A DNA stretch of 46,788 nt from a virus (IMGVR_UViG_3300045119_000148:1-46788); one strand, 5' to 3'; positions 1 through 9,906 are shown, counted from the first letter of the stretch. Numbers and translations are program-made. Notes: a model not told the origin generated them from the letters alone.

Positions 1-135
1 TGACCGCAAAGCCCTGCTTGACTCGCGCTTCGACGGCGGTCTTCTTGATGGCGGTGAGGGCAACGGCCAGTGCCTTCTGCGCACCGACACGCTGCTCGCT
101 GGCGTTGGACCCTGCCCAATGTGCCCGCCCACCCA
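1..135. repeat. Terminal direct repeat, left copy (assembly circularity overlap)
   Basis: 1-135 is identical to 46654-46788 except at position 127 (G) vs 46780 (C). An ORF reads continuously through the junction. Confidence 0.95.
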
Positions 136-310
136 ACGCCCTGATGCGATGGCCTTCGCTCTTGCCGCTTGAACTCACACCGGCACGTGCAGTCCGGCAC
201 GCGAACTGGGTGGAGCAGTAGCCGCAGCAGACCATCGGCTTCTCGAAGCCCTCGTTGATGACCGTGCCCAACGAGGCGGGAACCTTGCCGAACGGGTATG
301 ACCGGGCCAT
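1..310 (-). CDS. Endolysin, C39-like cysteine peptidase: N-terminal part (continues at 46653-46004; 319 aa in total)
   Basis: ATG at 310 overlaps the upstream TGA and follows GGGAG. It reads MARSYPFGKVPASLGTVINEGFEKPMVCCGYCS..., in frame across the junction with ...FGHCAVLFG...YFDP, giving Cys/His/Asp in C39 order. Confidence 0.7.
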   Translation of the reverse strand, partial: MARSYPFGKVPASLGTVINEGFEKPMVCCGYCSTQFACRTARAGVSSSGKSEGHRIRALGGRAHWAGSNASEQRVGAQKALAVALTAIKKTAVEARVKQGFAV

Positions 311-411
311 CAGGCGCTCCCTGCTCGCCGGTGGATGATGAGGTGCGGGTTGATGCGGTCACGCCACGGGAGACACCAGCACAGGAGCCCGACTCCGGTC
401 CAGTGTGGCAT
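310..411 (-). CDS. Small 33-aa hypothetical protein in the lysis cluster
   Basis: MPHWTGVGLLCWCLPWRDRINPHLIIHRRAGSA, tightly packed between neighbours with a TGATG overlap. Confidence 0.4.
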   Translation of the reverse strand: MPHWTGVGLLCWCLPWRDRINPHLIIHRRAGSA

Positions 412-415
412 CAAC

Positions 416-592
416 TCACTCCCGGTTCCTGCGGATGCGCCAACCCACCGCGAACAGTACAGCAGCGATTGCGCCGAGAAGAGCCCCGCGCTCGTTGATG
501 CCCACACTGCCCGGTGTGAGGATGGCCCCGATGAGGACGAGGCAGATGGCGATGAGCGCCCAGAGGGCTGCCTCGTGTACGTCCAAGTTCAC
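416..592 (-). CDS. Two-TM membrane protein, holin-like
   Basis: GTG start overlaps the upstream TGA. Two hydrophobic helices and a basic C-terminus (WRIRRNRE). Lies next to the endolysin. Confidence 0.6.
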   Translation of the reverse strand: MNLDVHEAALWALIAICLVLIGAILTPGSVGINERGALLGAIAAVLFAVGWRIRRNRE

Positions 593-729
593 CCCACGAT
601 GTGCCAGAGCAGACCGATGCAGATGATGCCCACCGCCCACGCGAGGTAGTTGAGCCCACGCGAGCGGATGACCTCGATGACCGCGATGACCAGACCGATG
701 ATGTAGAAGATGTCCTCGGGGGTGTGCAT
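589..729 (-). CDS. 46-aa two-TM membrane protein, holin-like (not in ORF track)
   Basis: Strong RBS GGAGGAG; MHTPEDIFYIIGLVIAVIEVIRSRGLNYLAWAVGIICIGLLWHIVG. Confidence 0.7.
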   Translation of the reverse strand: MHTPEDIFYIIGLVIAVIEVIRSRGLNYLAWAVGIICIGLLWHIVG

Positions 730-738
730 GGTCTCCTC

Positions 739-3700
739 CTAGTACAGGCCGTTGTATTCGAGGATGAGGTCAGCCGCAACGTCGATACTCCCGACCGGGG
801 CGAACGTCGAGTCCGTGCGGTACTGCATCCCACCGCCGTTGTTGGCCACGAAGTTCAGCGGTGTGGCCAACACCAGAAATCCGTTCTGCCCACCGGCTGC
901 GATGGTCCCGATGTCCACGATGCTGCCACCGGCGATGGCACGCAGCACCAAGGTGCCTGTCGTCCACGGCGCAGACACGCGCCACGCCGCACCGAGAACG
1001 CGACCCGTCTTCGCATACATCGGGTTCGCCCGGTACGCCTCCGTGTACACGGGGTTGAACCTGCCCATCGCCACGTTGTTCGCGTTCGCCCCGATGTTGT
1101 CCACCATGAACCCGTCCATCCGCACAATCGAGCGGATGGTCTCAGCACGGTAGACCGCCATGTCGTCGATGAGGATGATGTCGCCAGCGGTCTGTGCGGG
1201 GAACGTCACGAACAGCATCGCCATCACGGCGTTCTTGGGGGAGACGACGCCAGCAAAGGACGGGTTGTACCGCTGCCACGACTGCGCCGTTCCCGACACG
1301 ACACTGCCGCTCAAGTTGGCGTCACCACCAATCTGCACGCCGTTGTAGTCGTACCAGCGCAGGTACAGCGCAGAGTTCGCCGTGTTGCCACCGGGATTGG
1401 AGGAGTAGCCGCACACCCAGCCCGTGCCCACGTACTCGGTGTTGCCATCGACCGGGAACTGAGCCGACGTGAGATACGACTGCGTCGCCATCGCACTCAC
1501 GCTCATCGACGCCTGCCCGGTGTGCGTGAACACGCTATTGGCGTCAGTCCGAGACACGGCGTTCGTCGCGCTCCAGCCGCGTGCGTTGCACGACGAGGTG
1601 GCGTCACGGACCTCAAAGCCGGGGTTGCCGACGAGGTTGCGCAGGTCCGCGCCCGACGAGATGGGCAGGATAGAACCACGCGGGGTGTCGATGAGGGAGT
1701 CGGTCTGGAGGTGCTTGGATGCAGGACTCCAGAGGTTGGCGTCACCGCCGAACATGAGGCCGTTGGCCCCACCATCGACGAGGTCACGCAGCCCGTTGGC
1801 GCTGCCGCGATAGCGCAGGATGCCGCCCTCGGAGCCGTCAATCTGCACGCCACCGGCGTCGATGATGACCGCCCCCACCGCGCTCGGTCCCCACGGGGTG
1901 GCAACGCTGGACTCCTCCAACTTGATGCCATCCCACCAGCACTGGGCACCAGCCGTGCCACCCGCCCGGACCACCACGTACACCGTCTGGTCCGATGGGC
2001 TCACCCACACCGGGGTGGCATAGCGGTTGACATCACGCAGGTCAGGCGTGAACCACTCGGCGTCACCCTGAATGGCCTGCACCGGCGGAGGCCCAGCACT
2101 GATGATGCTGGCGATGAGCGTGCCATCGGGGTTCGAGAGCGTGGCACCCCCACTGTCGGCCAGCCGGAACTGGGCACCCGAGTTGCCCACACTCTTCATC
2201 AGCCCAGTCAGGATGTACGACCTGCCAGCCCGCACCTGAATGGGCGCAGACGACATCACGTACGGACCGACTCCCGGCACCGTGCAGTGCAGCGAGCGCG
2301 AGCCGTACACGTACTCGCCGGTGTCGATGTCGTAGCCGCCAGCGGTGTTGAGGACGTATGCCCCACCGAGGTTGGCAGCCCACTTGTCGGCCACCTCGGT
2401 GCTGTTGATGGACGGGATGGTGACCTTGTCGAGGGTCGGACCAGCGGTGGCAGACGGGATGAACGTCGCCCGGTAGAAGACGTACCGTGCCTTGGGCACA
2501 CTGGACAGGGATGGATACCACGTGGCTGGCGAGGGGGCAGCCGTGGCCGTGGCGCTGGAGCCGTACTCGATGACGAGCGAGGCTCCCGACGGCACGGTGC
2601 TGGCAACGACCGGCGTACCCCAACTGGTGGGTGCAGCCCCGAGGTCACGCCGGTGGACGGTCTGACCCCAGCGTGGCGTAAAAGACTGGACGGCGCTCGC
2701 ATTCAGCGGGTCGCTCGTCTCGATGTAGACCGTGACGGCAACAGCCGTGCCGTTGGTGAGAGCAAGGGTACTGAGCAGCAGGCTCGTGGCACCGGAGGTC
2801 ACCAAGCCCGAGTCGTAGCCCGGAGCCGTGACCCGGTACTTGTACTGGGTCCCCGACCCGACGGTCCACTTCACCGTCAGGCGCGGTACGCCCGAGACGA
2901 ACGACATGTAGCGGGTCGTGTCAATGGTGACGGTCGGGTTGGCCTTGACGCTGAACGCCCGCTTGGCGCTGAACGGTCCGTAGCCGTTGGCGGCGTCAGC
3001 CGTGGCCACGTCCCACATGTAGGACACACCGCGAGGGAGCGCGGTCGGCCAGACCAGCGAGGCACCAGTACCACTGACCGTCTGTGTGGCACCAACCTGC
3101 GTGGTGCCAGCCGCGTCCCAGACCCGAACCTGTGCGCTCGCTTGCGGGTCACCCTGCGGGTCGCTGTGTGTCCACGTGAAGGTCGGCGTCTGGGTAACGG
3201 ACGCCGCTCCAGCCGCCGGGAGGTTCTGGATGGGGGCAACGGGCGGCGACTGAACGCTGTAGTTGATGGTGACGACGGAGTTCGAGTGCTGGTCGGACCA
3301 GATTTCCGTGTAGTCCGAGTTCGAGACTTGGTCGAACCCGAACACAATCTTCGATGCGTTGTTCTGCCAGTAGTACCTGATAGCCGCCGTGACATCGAGC
3401 GTCACCGTCCGGTTGGCAGTGGTGCCCGACGAGAACTGGACTTGGTCGGTGCCCGTCCAGCCCGCCGTGTCGGACCACTGGGTGGTGTTGCTCCCACTGA
3501 AGCCGGACTCGCACGACTGCGAGCCAGCGCCGCGCAGCCACAGGCCCGCGACCGTCAGGCGACGGCAGTAAATCTGGGAGTTGCGGATGCCGACGTGCTG
3601 GAAGTCGGTGATGTAGAAGGTGATGGTCGCACTGTCGATGGAGGTCCAGCCCTGCCAGCCAGCAGGGACCGGGAAGCGCATCATCGAGCGGTAGCGGGCT

Positions 3701-3804
3701 GAGCCCCACGACCCGACCGGCAGATGGGCACCCTGACCGGCACCGTACGCGGGTGACGCCCAGACTGCTGCGCTCGCCTCGCTGCCGACGCTGGTGGATG
3801 CCAT
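739..3804 (-). CDS. Tail / receptor-binding protein with beta-rich FN3-like and carbohydrate-binding-like modules
   Basis: 1021 aa, rich in S/T/G/W. Has a DNRLRE-like N-terminus (RSMMRF..IDSATITFY), a PTFTWTHSDPQGD FN3-like motif and an NLVGNPGFE CBM-like motif. Last gene of the tail module. Confidence 0.75.
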   Translation of the reverse strand: MASTSVGSEASAAVWASPAYGAGQGAHLPVGSWGSARYRSMMRFPVPAGWQGWTSIDSATITFYITDFQHVGIRNSQIYCRRLTVAGLWLRGAGSQSCESGFSGSNTTQWSDTAGWTGTDQVQFSSGTTANRTVTLDVTAAIRYYWQNNASKIVFGFDQVSNSDYTEIWSDQHSNSVVTINYSVQSPPVAPIQNLPAAGAASVTQTPTFTWTHSDPQGDPQASAQVRVWDAAGTTQVGATQTVSGTGASLVWPTALPRGVSYMWDVATADAANGYGPFSAKRAFSVKANPTVTIDTTRYMSFVSGVPRLTVKWTVGSGTQYKYRVTAPGYDSGLVTSGATSLLLSTLALTNGTAVAVTVYIETSDPLNASAVQSFTPRWGQTVHRRDLGAAPTSWGTPVVASTVPSGASLVIEYGSSATATAAPSPATWYPSLSSVPKARYVFYRATFIPSATAGPTLDKVTIPSINSTEVADKWAANLGGAYVLNTAGGYDIDTGEYVYGSRSLHCTVPGVGPYVMSSAPIQVRAGRSYILTGLMKSVGNSGAQFRLADSGGATLSNPDGTLIASIISAGPPPVQAIQGDAEWFTPDLRDVNRYATPVWVSPSDQTVYVVVRAGGTAGAQCWWDGIKLEESSVATPWGPSAVGAVIIDAGGVQIDGSEGGILRYRGSANGLRDLVDGGANGLMFGGDANLWSPASKHLQTDSLIDTPRGSILPISSGADLRNLVGNPGFEVRDATSSCNARGWSATNAVSRTDANSVFTHTGQASMSVSAMATQSYLTSAQFPVDGNTEYVGTGWVCGYSSNPGGNTANSALYLRWYDYNGVQIGGDANLSGSVVSGTAQSWQRYNPSFAGVVSPKNAVMAMLFVTFPAQTAGDIILIDDMAVYRAETIRSIVRMDGFMVDNIGANANNVAMGRFNPVYTEAYRANPMYAKTGRVLGAAWRVSAPWTTGTLVLRAIAGGSIVDIGTIAAGGQNGFLVLATPLNFVANNGGGMQYRTDSTFAPVGSIDVAADLILEYNGLY

Positions 3805-6800
3805 CAGATAGCCGTCATGGTGATGGTTGATGCCCCGGTCGTGAGGTTGATGTCAGCACCCTGCCGCGAGCCCGCCGCGTTCCAGTCGGCGGCGAGGTCC
3901 CACGTGTTGCTGACCGTGACCATCGCGCTGAACGCACCCAACTCGAACGAGGAGTTCTGCACGAGGTTGTGCCCACCCCGCATCTTGCCGAAGGTGACCG
4001 ACGAGGCGTCGATGCCAAGCGGCGTGATAGACACCACGGCCACCGGATTGAGCGGGTCGGTCAGGTCCCAGATGAACAGCCCGTCCTCGTCGAGCGTCAT
4101 CTTGTAGGTCGGGTCGGTCGGGTCGAGCAGCGCGATGCCGTTGGTGTCCCACGTACCGATGGGGTTGCCCCCACTGTCCACGACGGTGATTGCCACCACC
4201 TGCCCGACGCCAGCGCCAACCGTCAGCGAGCCAGCCGTCAGCCAGTCAGCACTCAACTTCCCGGCGAACAGGTTGGCAATCATCGCGTTGGTCCAGACCA
4301 GCGTGTCCGCCGGGATGGCCGTTGGACTCACCGTGCCGCCGGTGACCCAGCCCTTCTCGCCGTTGTTGACCGCGTCGGCGACCTTGACCGTCTCGTAGAT
4401 GTTGTTGCCGTCGGTGTCATCCGCGCCCGTGTCGTTGAGCGTGTTGCCCGACGTGTCCACGGAGCGCACGCGCACGTCGTACGACGCACCGTTGCTCACA
4501 CCGGCGACGACCAAGACCGTGCCCAAGACCTGCGACGACGACCACGACGCGCCCGACCCGGTCACCCGCCACTGGACCTCGTTGTAGGCGAGGTCAGGTG
4601 CGGGGTTCGGGTCCCAGTTGACCGCGAACGTGTTGTTGCCGGGGTAGGTCTGGATGCCCGACGGCGGCGTCGGACCCGTGTCGTCCGAGTCGGTGACGAG
4701 GGTGATGGTGTTCGACGGTGTCGCCTGTCGGTTGCCGGTCGAGTCCACCGCATAGGCCCGGACCCAGTACGTGGTGGCGGCAAGGACCGACGGCTGGATG
4801 ATGTTGGTGTCGAGCGTGCCGGTCTTGTCCACGCTCTGCGCTTGCCACTGGGTGGCCAAGGTCCAGTCGGGCACACCGCCAGACCCGAAGCGCGTGGACT
4901 GGATGATGAACTGGTCGAGGTCGGTGAGACCAACGGGTGGCGTGGCGTAGCCGACGACCGCCACCAAGTTCGTGAGCGAACTCCCGTCTCCCTGCTGGAT
5001 GCTCGTCGAGGTGACGCTCTTCAGGACGGGAGTCGGCGGCGGTGTGACATCAACGGTGGCGGGCGCACCGGCAGGTCCAGTCGGGCCAGCGGGACCGGTA
5101 CCTCCGGTCGCGCCGGTGGGACCCGGAGGCCCGGTCGGGCCGGGTGGTCCACTCCCACCAGCCGGACCAGTCGGTCCGGGGATGGCGATGGATGCATTCA
5201 CGCTGGCGTACAACGCTGGCGTGAGCGGTGTCGCCGTCGGCCACGTGACCGGGATGTTGTAGAAGATGCCGCCCGACGTCGGAGGTCCGGTCACTGTCAG
5301 GCGCAGCAGTCCAGCCGGGGTGAAGTCCAAGATGATGAAGTCGCCGGGAACGACCGAACCCCACGCCGCCGTGTGGTCATGGGCGGCGCTGTCAATCTTG
5401 GCAACCTGCAGGGTGTTGGCCCCACCAGCCACGACCGTGACTGCTGCCCCCACCTCGCCATCGGCGATGCTGCCAGCCGACACGGCCATCCATGCGTACG
5501 GCCCGACGATGCCCGACGCAGGACCCGGTGGTCCCGGCGGTCCGGCCATCGAACCAGTTTCCTCCCACGTCCCGTCGGGCTGCTTCTCGTAGACGAGACC
5601 GGTGTCGGTGTCGAGCCAGTAGATGCCGTCGTCGTCGGTGGTCGGCGGGTGGTCCTTCAGTTGCCACTCGGGGATGTCGAGGATGGGCGCAGACGGGATG
5701 AGGTCCGGGTTGGGGGGAACCGTATCCTCGCGTGGCAGCACCGAGAGGACGAGGTTCGAGTGCCCGTCCTGATGCGAGTTCCACGTCCAGCCCCAGACCG
5801 TCCAGTAGCCAGAGCCGAAGCGCGTGGTGTCAACGACCCCGCGCACGATGTGCATGGGGATGTGGTCGGTGATGTCCCACGAGTCCTTGACGTTGAGCCC
5901 ACCGACCCGCAACCCGAGACCCAACTGCTTGCCGACCTTGGCCACCTTCGACGCCGCCTGAGCAGACCGGCGCTGCAGGTCGTTGAGGTCGTCGATGTCC
6001 TGAAACAGCGTGGTGCTGGGCCACGCTCCGTAGGTCGCCTCGCTGATACCGGGCGCGACAGAGCGGGCGGAGTAGACCTTCAGTCCCTGTACCGTGCGCC
6101 CTGTCGCGTTGACAGCCGTGCCCCACGCGCCGAACGCCACCGTGCGGAAGCCCTGCACCAGCCCGCCGTACTCCATCCGCAGGTTGTCGCGGACGACACC
6201 GGGATTGAGCAGGACCCGCCACTTCCAGTTGCCGTTGACATCACGCTCGGCGACGAGCCGGGTTGCCCTCCCCGTGCCAGCCCGGCTGCTGTCGATGAGA
6301 CCGGCGATGAACGGGAGCCGCTGCTTGAACGAGGCGTAGATGGTGACGTGTTCGGTCATTGCCGCCACATCACCGACGGCGATGAACCCCAGCGGGCTGT
6401 TGGGCTTGGCCTGCTCCTTGGTCAACTGGTCCTTGACGATGAAGTCGATGGCCTTGTCGGCGTACTTGGCCCCACCTTTATCGACGGTCAGTTCGGCATC
6501 GACCGACGAGAACCGTTCCTCCACCATGCGCGACAGCACGGCGAGGTAGTCCTGCCCGTAGAAGACGACCTCGTCGTCGGTGGCATCGAAGTCGGTGATG
6601 AGCCCGAACGCGATGCCACGCCAGCCCTGCCCCGTGTGCAACTGCAGTTCGTAGTGGCACTCGTACGGCTCGATGACCGCTGCCTGCGGATGGATGGCAG
6701 GCAGCGTGAAGTAGAACTCACCGGCGGTGTTGTAGAACTCACTGGCCCCGACGTTGGCGGCGTCGGTCAGTTCGGCAAGGAGGGTGCCCGGTCCCCTACC

Positions 6801-8267
6801 CTTCCCCGCCGTCTTGTCCACGGCGTAGATACGGATACGGAATGGGGGCGTCCCCCCGTATCGACTGAGGTTGAGCAGGTCCCCCGGCTGTGGGACGTAC
6901 TGCTGGGCGAGGGTCACCGTCCCGTACAGCCAGCCCGAGAACGCCCCCAGCGCGTCCCGCGCCATCATCCTGAAGTTGTAGGTCCCAGCGGGCAGGCCCG
7001 GTCCCCCGTACAGAGACGACAGCCCCTGCGTCAGCAGGACTGCCGGGGTCGCCGCCGACCATGAGGTCTCGAACTCCTTGACCCCGTGTCGGGGCGGTGG
7101 GACTACCAGCCAGCCGGTGTCCCAGAGCAGGCTGTCCCCCCACGTCGGGTCCGTAGGGGCGAGTGGGGTACGTAGTTGGATTTTCCATGCTGAGGCTGGG
7201 GAGTGGCTTGTGGCCGAGGGGGTGTACATCGCTCGAAAGCGGACCGAGTCGAAGGTCTGGACCGTCCCGCTCGGACTCGGCAGCGTCAGGCCACCCGCTG
7301 CTTGTGTCCACCGCACCTGTGCGACGGCTGGATAGGGTGTCACCTCCCCACGTTGGTTGTAGACCCGTGCCGTCCAGTTGTATTGCGTCCCTGATTTGAG
7401 CGACACGGGCACTGCGACCGAGAAAGTAGATGTCGCCACGTCGTTGCTGGAGGCTGTCGTCTTCCATGTCTTGGTCGGCTCCCCGGTTGCTGTCACCTGA
7501 ACTTCGACCGACGAAATCTTGTCGCCCACGCGACCGGGCTCGTACTCGCCCGTGAAGAACTGTGGGGTCCCGCGAGCGATGTCGCCGTCCGGTGCGGTCA
7601 ACGTGACCAGACCCGGCCCGCCCTTGCGGTCGTAGGTGAGGACGAGGAATGGGCGGATGGCGGTGTTGACGTGGTTGTCCGACGCCTGCGCCGCGATGTT
7701 CACGGCGTTCTGCGCACTGCTCCCGCCGCCGACCTGCATCAGGAAGCCGTAGTTGGCGTGGCCGTAGCCGGTCCCGCCCGACGCCCACTTCACGCTCTTG
7801 GGTGCCCATGCCCGCACGATGCCGGTGACATCGAGAACGTTCTCGTGGAGGGCGATGTCGCTGACGTTCTTGTACGCCCGGTAGGTGTCGTTGCCCTCAC
7901 ACTGGCCAGCCGCCATGTCGCCGGTCCAGACCGTCTCGCCGCCACCGCCTTCGGCCCACGACTTGGTGTGGTAGTTCACCTTGAAGTTGTTGACGGTCGT
8001 CTTCTTGGTGGCCACACCTGCGTGGTCGGCAGCGGTGAACGTGTGCAGGACCGCCGAGTGCAGGGTGTCCACGTCACTCCACGTGCCCGCCCCCATGTCG
8101 AAGTGGAGGAGGTGGCGGAAACGGTCGAGCCCGTTGACGTGGTAACCGGTCAGGATGTGCTGCTCGCCCCGCGCCTGCGCCCAGTTGTCGGTGAAGGCCG
8201 CACTCTTCGACGAGCGGTGAGACCTAAGGCTGGTCCCCGCGATAGGGCTGAGGCTCTTGGTATCCAT
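3804..8267 (-). CDS. Large minor tail protein: siphovirus hub (Gp37-like) domain, collagen-like repeat and FN3 domains
   Basis: 1487 aa directly after the Dit-like gene. Hub-like segment AELTDAANVG..GEFYFTLP..GQDYLAVL, Gly-X-Y repeats, and FN3 motifs (YWVRAYAVDSTGN, YDVRVRSVDTSGN). Confidence 0.8.
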   Translation of the reverse strand: MDTKSLSPIAGTSLRSHRSSKSAAFTDNWAQARGEQHILTGYHVNGLDRFRHLLHFDMGAGTWSDVDTLHSAVLHTFTAADHAGVATKKTTVNNFKVNYHTKSWAEGGGGETVWTGDMAAGQCEGNDTYRAYKNVSDIALHENVLDVTGIVRAWAPKSVKWASGGTGYGHANYGFLMQVGGGSSAQNAVNIAAQASDNHVNTAIRPFLVLTYDRKGGPGLVTLTAPDGDIARGTPQFFTGEYEPGRVGDKISSVEVQVTATGEPTKTWKTTASSNDVATSTFSVAVPVSLKSGTQYNWTARVYNQRGEVTPYPAVAQVRWTQAAGGLTLPSPSGTVQTFDSVRFRAMYTPSATSHSPASAWKIQLRTPLAPTDPTWGDSLLWDTGWLVVPPPRHGVKEFETSWSAATPAVLLTQGLSSLYGGPGLPAGTYNFRMMARDALGAFSGWLYGTVTLAQQYVPQPGDLLNLSRYGGTPPFRIRIYAVDKTAGKGRGPGTLLAELTDAANVGASEFYNTAGEFYFTLPAIHPQAAVIEPYECHYELQLHTGQGWRGIAFGLITDFDATDDEVVFYGQDYLAVLSRMVEERFSSVDAELTVDKGGAKYADKAIDFIVKDQLTKEQAKPNSPLGFIAVGDVAAMTEHVTIYASFKQRLPFIAGLIDSSRAGTGRATRLVAERDVNGNWKWRVLLNPGVVRDNLRMEYGGLVQGFRTVAFGAWGTAVNATGRTVQGLKVYSARSVAPGISEATYGAWPSTTLFQDIDDLNDLQRRSAQAASKVAKVGKQLGLGLRVGGLNVKDSWDITDHIPMHIVRGVVDTTRFGSGYWTVWGWTWNSHQDGHSNLVLSVLPREDTVPPNPDLIPSAPILDIPEWQLKDHPPTTDDDGIYWLDTDTGLVYEKQPDGTWEETGSMAGPPGPPGPASGIVGPYAWMAVSAGSIADGEVGAAVTVVAGGANTLQVAKIDSAAHDHTAAWGSVVPGDFIILDFTPAGLLRLTVTGPPTSGGIFYNIPVTWPTATPLTPALYASVNASIAIPGPTGPAGGSGPPGPTGPPGPTGATGGTGPAGPTGPAGAPATVDVTPPPTPVLKSVTSTSIQQGDGSSLTNLVAVVGYATPPVGLTDLDQFIIQSTRFGSGGVPDWTLATQWQAQSVDKTGTLDTNIIQPSVLAATTYWVRAYAVDSTGNRQATPSNTITLVTDSDDTGPTPPSGIQTYPGNNTFAVNWDPNPAPDLAYNEVQWRVTGSGASWSSSQVLGTVLVVAGVSNGASYDVRVRSVDTSGNTLNDTGADDTDGNNIYETVKVADAVNNGEKGWVTGGTVSPTAIPADTLVWTNAMIANLFAGKLSADWLTAGSLTVGAGVGQVVAITVVDSGGNPIGTWDTNGIALLDPTDPTYKMTLDEDGLFIWDLTDPLNPVAVVSITPLGIDASSVTFGKMRGGHNLVQNSSFELGAFSAMVTVSNTWDLAADWNAAGSRQGADINLTTGASTITMTAI
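5062..5180 (-). repeat. Collagen-like Gly-X-Y coding repeat
   Basis: GPTGPAGGSGPPGPTGPPGPTGATGGTGPAGPTGPAGAP within the tail protein. Confidence 0.9.
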
Positions 8268-9203
8268 TCAGGCGAACGACTCGGAGTACATCAGGCGTGA
8301 GCCGCTGGCGATGGTCGTCACCCCGGACATGCGGATGTTGTAGACCATGCCGTCCTGCGCCTGCACCTTCGGGTGGGTCGTGTTGTTGAGGAACGACAGC
8401 ATGTCCATGCGCAGGGTGTCGGTAGATGCGCCCGACAACTGCAGGGTCAGCACCTTCAGCGTGCCCGAGTAGCGCACGACCGCGTTGCTCAGTGCGCCCA
8501 ACGCGATGTGCATGGTGCTGCCGCCCACGTCAATCTCGAACCATGAGCCAGCCGATGAGGCGGTGACCCCAATCAGGATGTCGAGCGGAGCCGGGTAGTC
8601 CCCACGGTTGACGATGGGATGAGCGGTCTGGGGTCCGAGGAACGGGACCCACACGTCGGGTCGAACGTACATCCGTGGGTCGGCGCACATCAGCGATGCC
8701 CGCCAGATGATGCCCCCACCACGACCGGAGCCCTCGCCGTTGAACGCGCCTTGGTCGCGCCGGATGCTGAACTGCGGCTGGCCCAGCGGGCGTGCGCGGA
8801 ACTCCAGTTCCTTGACGTATGGCGCGGTGCCATCGCCTGCCGCCGAGGCGAACTGGTCGTCCATCGTGGGCAGGCTGAAGGTGAGGGGAATGAACCCGTG
8901 GTCCGGCTGGTCCGTGGCGAGGCTGATGGTCGGCGTGAAGATGGTGCGGATGTTCTGGAGGTTGTCGAACAGTTCCGCGATGGTCCCACCGTAGACCGTA
9001 CCCGCAAGGTCGATACGACGCTGACCCATGTACACGTCGCTCGTGTCCATGCCGTCGTCCTGACTGCGCTTCTGGACGTAGCCCACACCTTGGCTCGCAC
9101 CGTAGTCGAACGACTCGATGAGACAGCCGGACCGCAGACCGTTGCCGAGGTCGATGACCGTGTTCAGGTCCACCCCGTTGTACTGGATGGGGGCGTCGAG
9201 CAT
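8268..9203 (-). CDS. Distal tail (Dit)-like protein
   Basis: Typical Dit pattern: DG......MGQRRIDLAGTV, ELFDNLQNIRTIF, ASLMCADPRMY, IVNRGDYPAPL. Confidence 0.75.
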   Translation of the reverse strand: MLDAPIQYNGVDLNTVIDLGNGLRSGCLIESFDYGASQGVGYVQKRSQDDGMDTSDVYMGQRRIDLAGTVYGGTIAELFDNLQNIRTIFTPTISLATDQPDHGFIPLTFSLPTMDDQFASAAGDGTAPYVKELEFRARPLGQPQFSIRRDQGAFNGEGSGRGGGIIWRASLMCADPRMYVRPDVWVPFLGPQTAHPIVNRGDYPAPLDILIGVTASSAGSWFEIDVGGSTMHIALGALSNAVVRYSGTLKVLTLQLSGASTDTLRMDMLSFLNNTTHPKVQAQDGMVYNIRMSGVTTIASGSRLMYSESFA

Positions 9204-9204
9204 G

Positions 9205-9906
9205 TCAGTAGACGTGCACGAAGGCTGACGTGGGCATCCTGCGCATCTTGGTGTTGCGTGCCCGCGAGTGCTGGTACGACGACTCGGCTTGGTTGTACAT
9301 GCCGGTCAACTGGGTTGGACTCACATCGGTGTTGTTCGTCGCAGCCAGCCACTGCTGGTACAACGCCCGGTCGTGGGTCAGCAACTCGAAGCCCTGACTC
9401 TTGCAGTGGTTGACCGCACACAGGAAGTCGGTCGAGTCGGCGAGGTCGAGGATGGAGTCATCGTCGTCGGGCTGGTCCCGGTCGGTGTAGCCCCAGACCA
9501 CCATGTTGGCGTCGTTGTCACCGATGGTCGCGTTGATGCGTGTGGACCAGAACGCGGGGAGGATGAGCGACCCGCCGAAGAAGTCCCAGCCAGCCCGATT
9601 GGTCTCACTCGATGCGTCGGCGTACGGGATGGAGATGGTCCGTATGTCGGTCGAGGTCGGGTCATCGACGACCACCACCTCCACCTTCCAGATGGCGGTG
9701 AAGTCGGTGAACGGTGGGGTGTAGATGTCGAGCGGCCAGACCGCCGTCTCGACCTGCTCCTTGGGGCGATAGCCCGATAGGTCCGAGAGCGCCTGTGCGA
9801 TGAAGTCGTTGACGGTGTCGGGCGGAAAGACTGTCCCGTTGGGGTCACGAAGCGCCCGCCAGATGATGGTTTGCATCTCGCTGCGAGAAGGCGCGGAGAA
9901 CACCAC
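9205..9906 (-). CDS. Putative head-tail adaptor/connector
   Basis: Follows the capsid gene. The helical N-terminus (IWRALRDP..VNDFIAQALSDL) is typical of adaptor proteins. RBS AGGAGG. Confidence 0.55.
   Translation of the reverse strand: MVFSAPSRSEMQTIIWRALRDPNGTVFPPDTVNDFIAQALSDLSGYRPKEQVETAVWPLDIYTPPFTDFTAIWKVEVVVVDDPTSTDIRTISIPYADASSETNRAGWDFFGGSLILPAFWSTRINATIGDNDANMVVWGYTDRDQPDDDDSILDLADSTDFLCAVNHCKSQGFELLTHDRALYQQWLAATNNTDVSPTQLTGMYNQAESSYQHSRARNTKMRRMPTSAFVHVY

Noticed and set aside
1-135. Terminal repeat as a biological direct terminal repeat
   Set aside because: It falls in the middle of the endolysin gene, so an assembler circular overlap explains it better.
601-7064. Two ~1030-aa plus-strand ORFs (601-3702, 3969-7064) and similar long antisense ORFs (15323-16981, 17357-19045, 22175-24220)
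   Set aside because: These are shadow frames of GC-rich minus-strand genes. They are R/V/H/G-rich and have no recognisable motifs.
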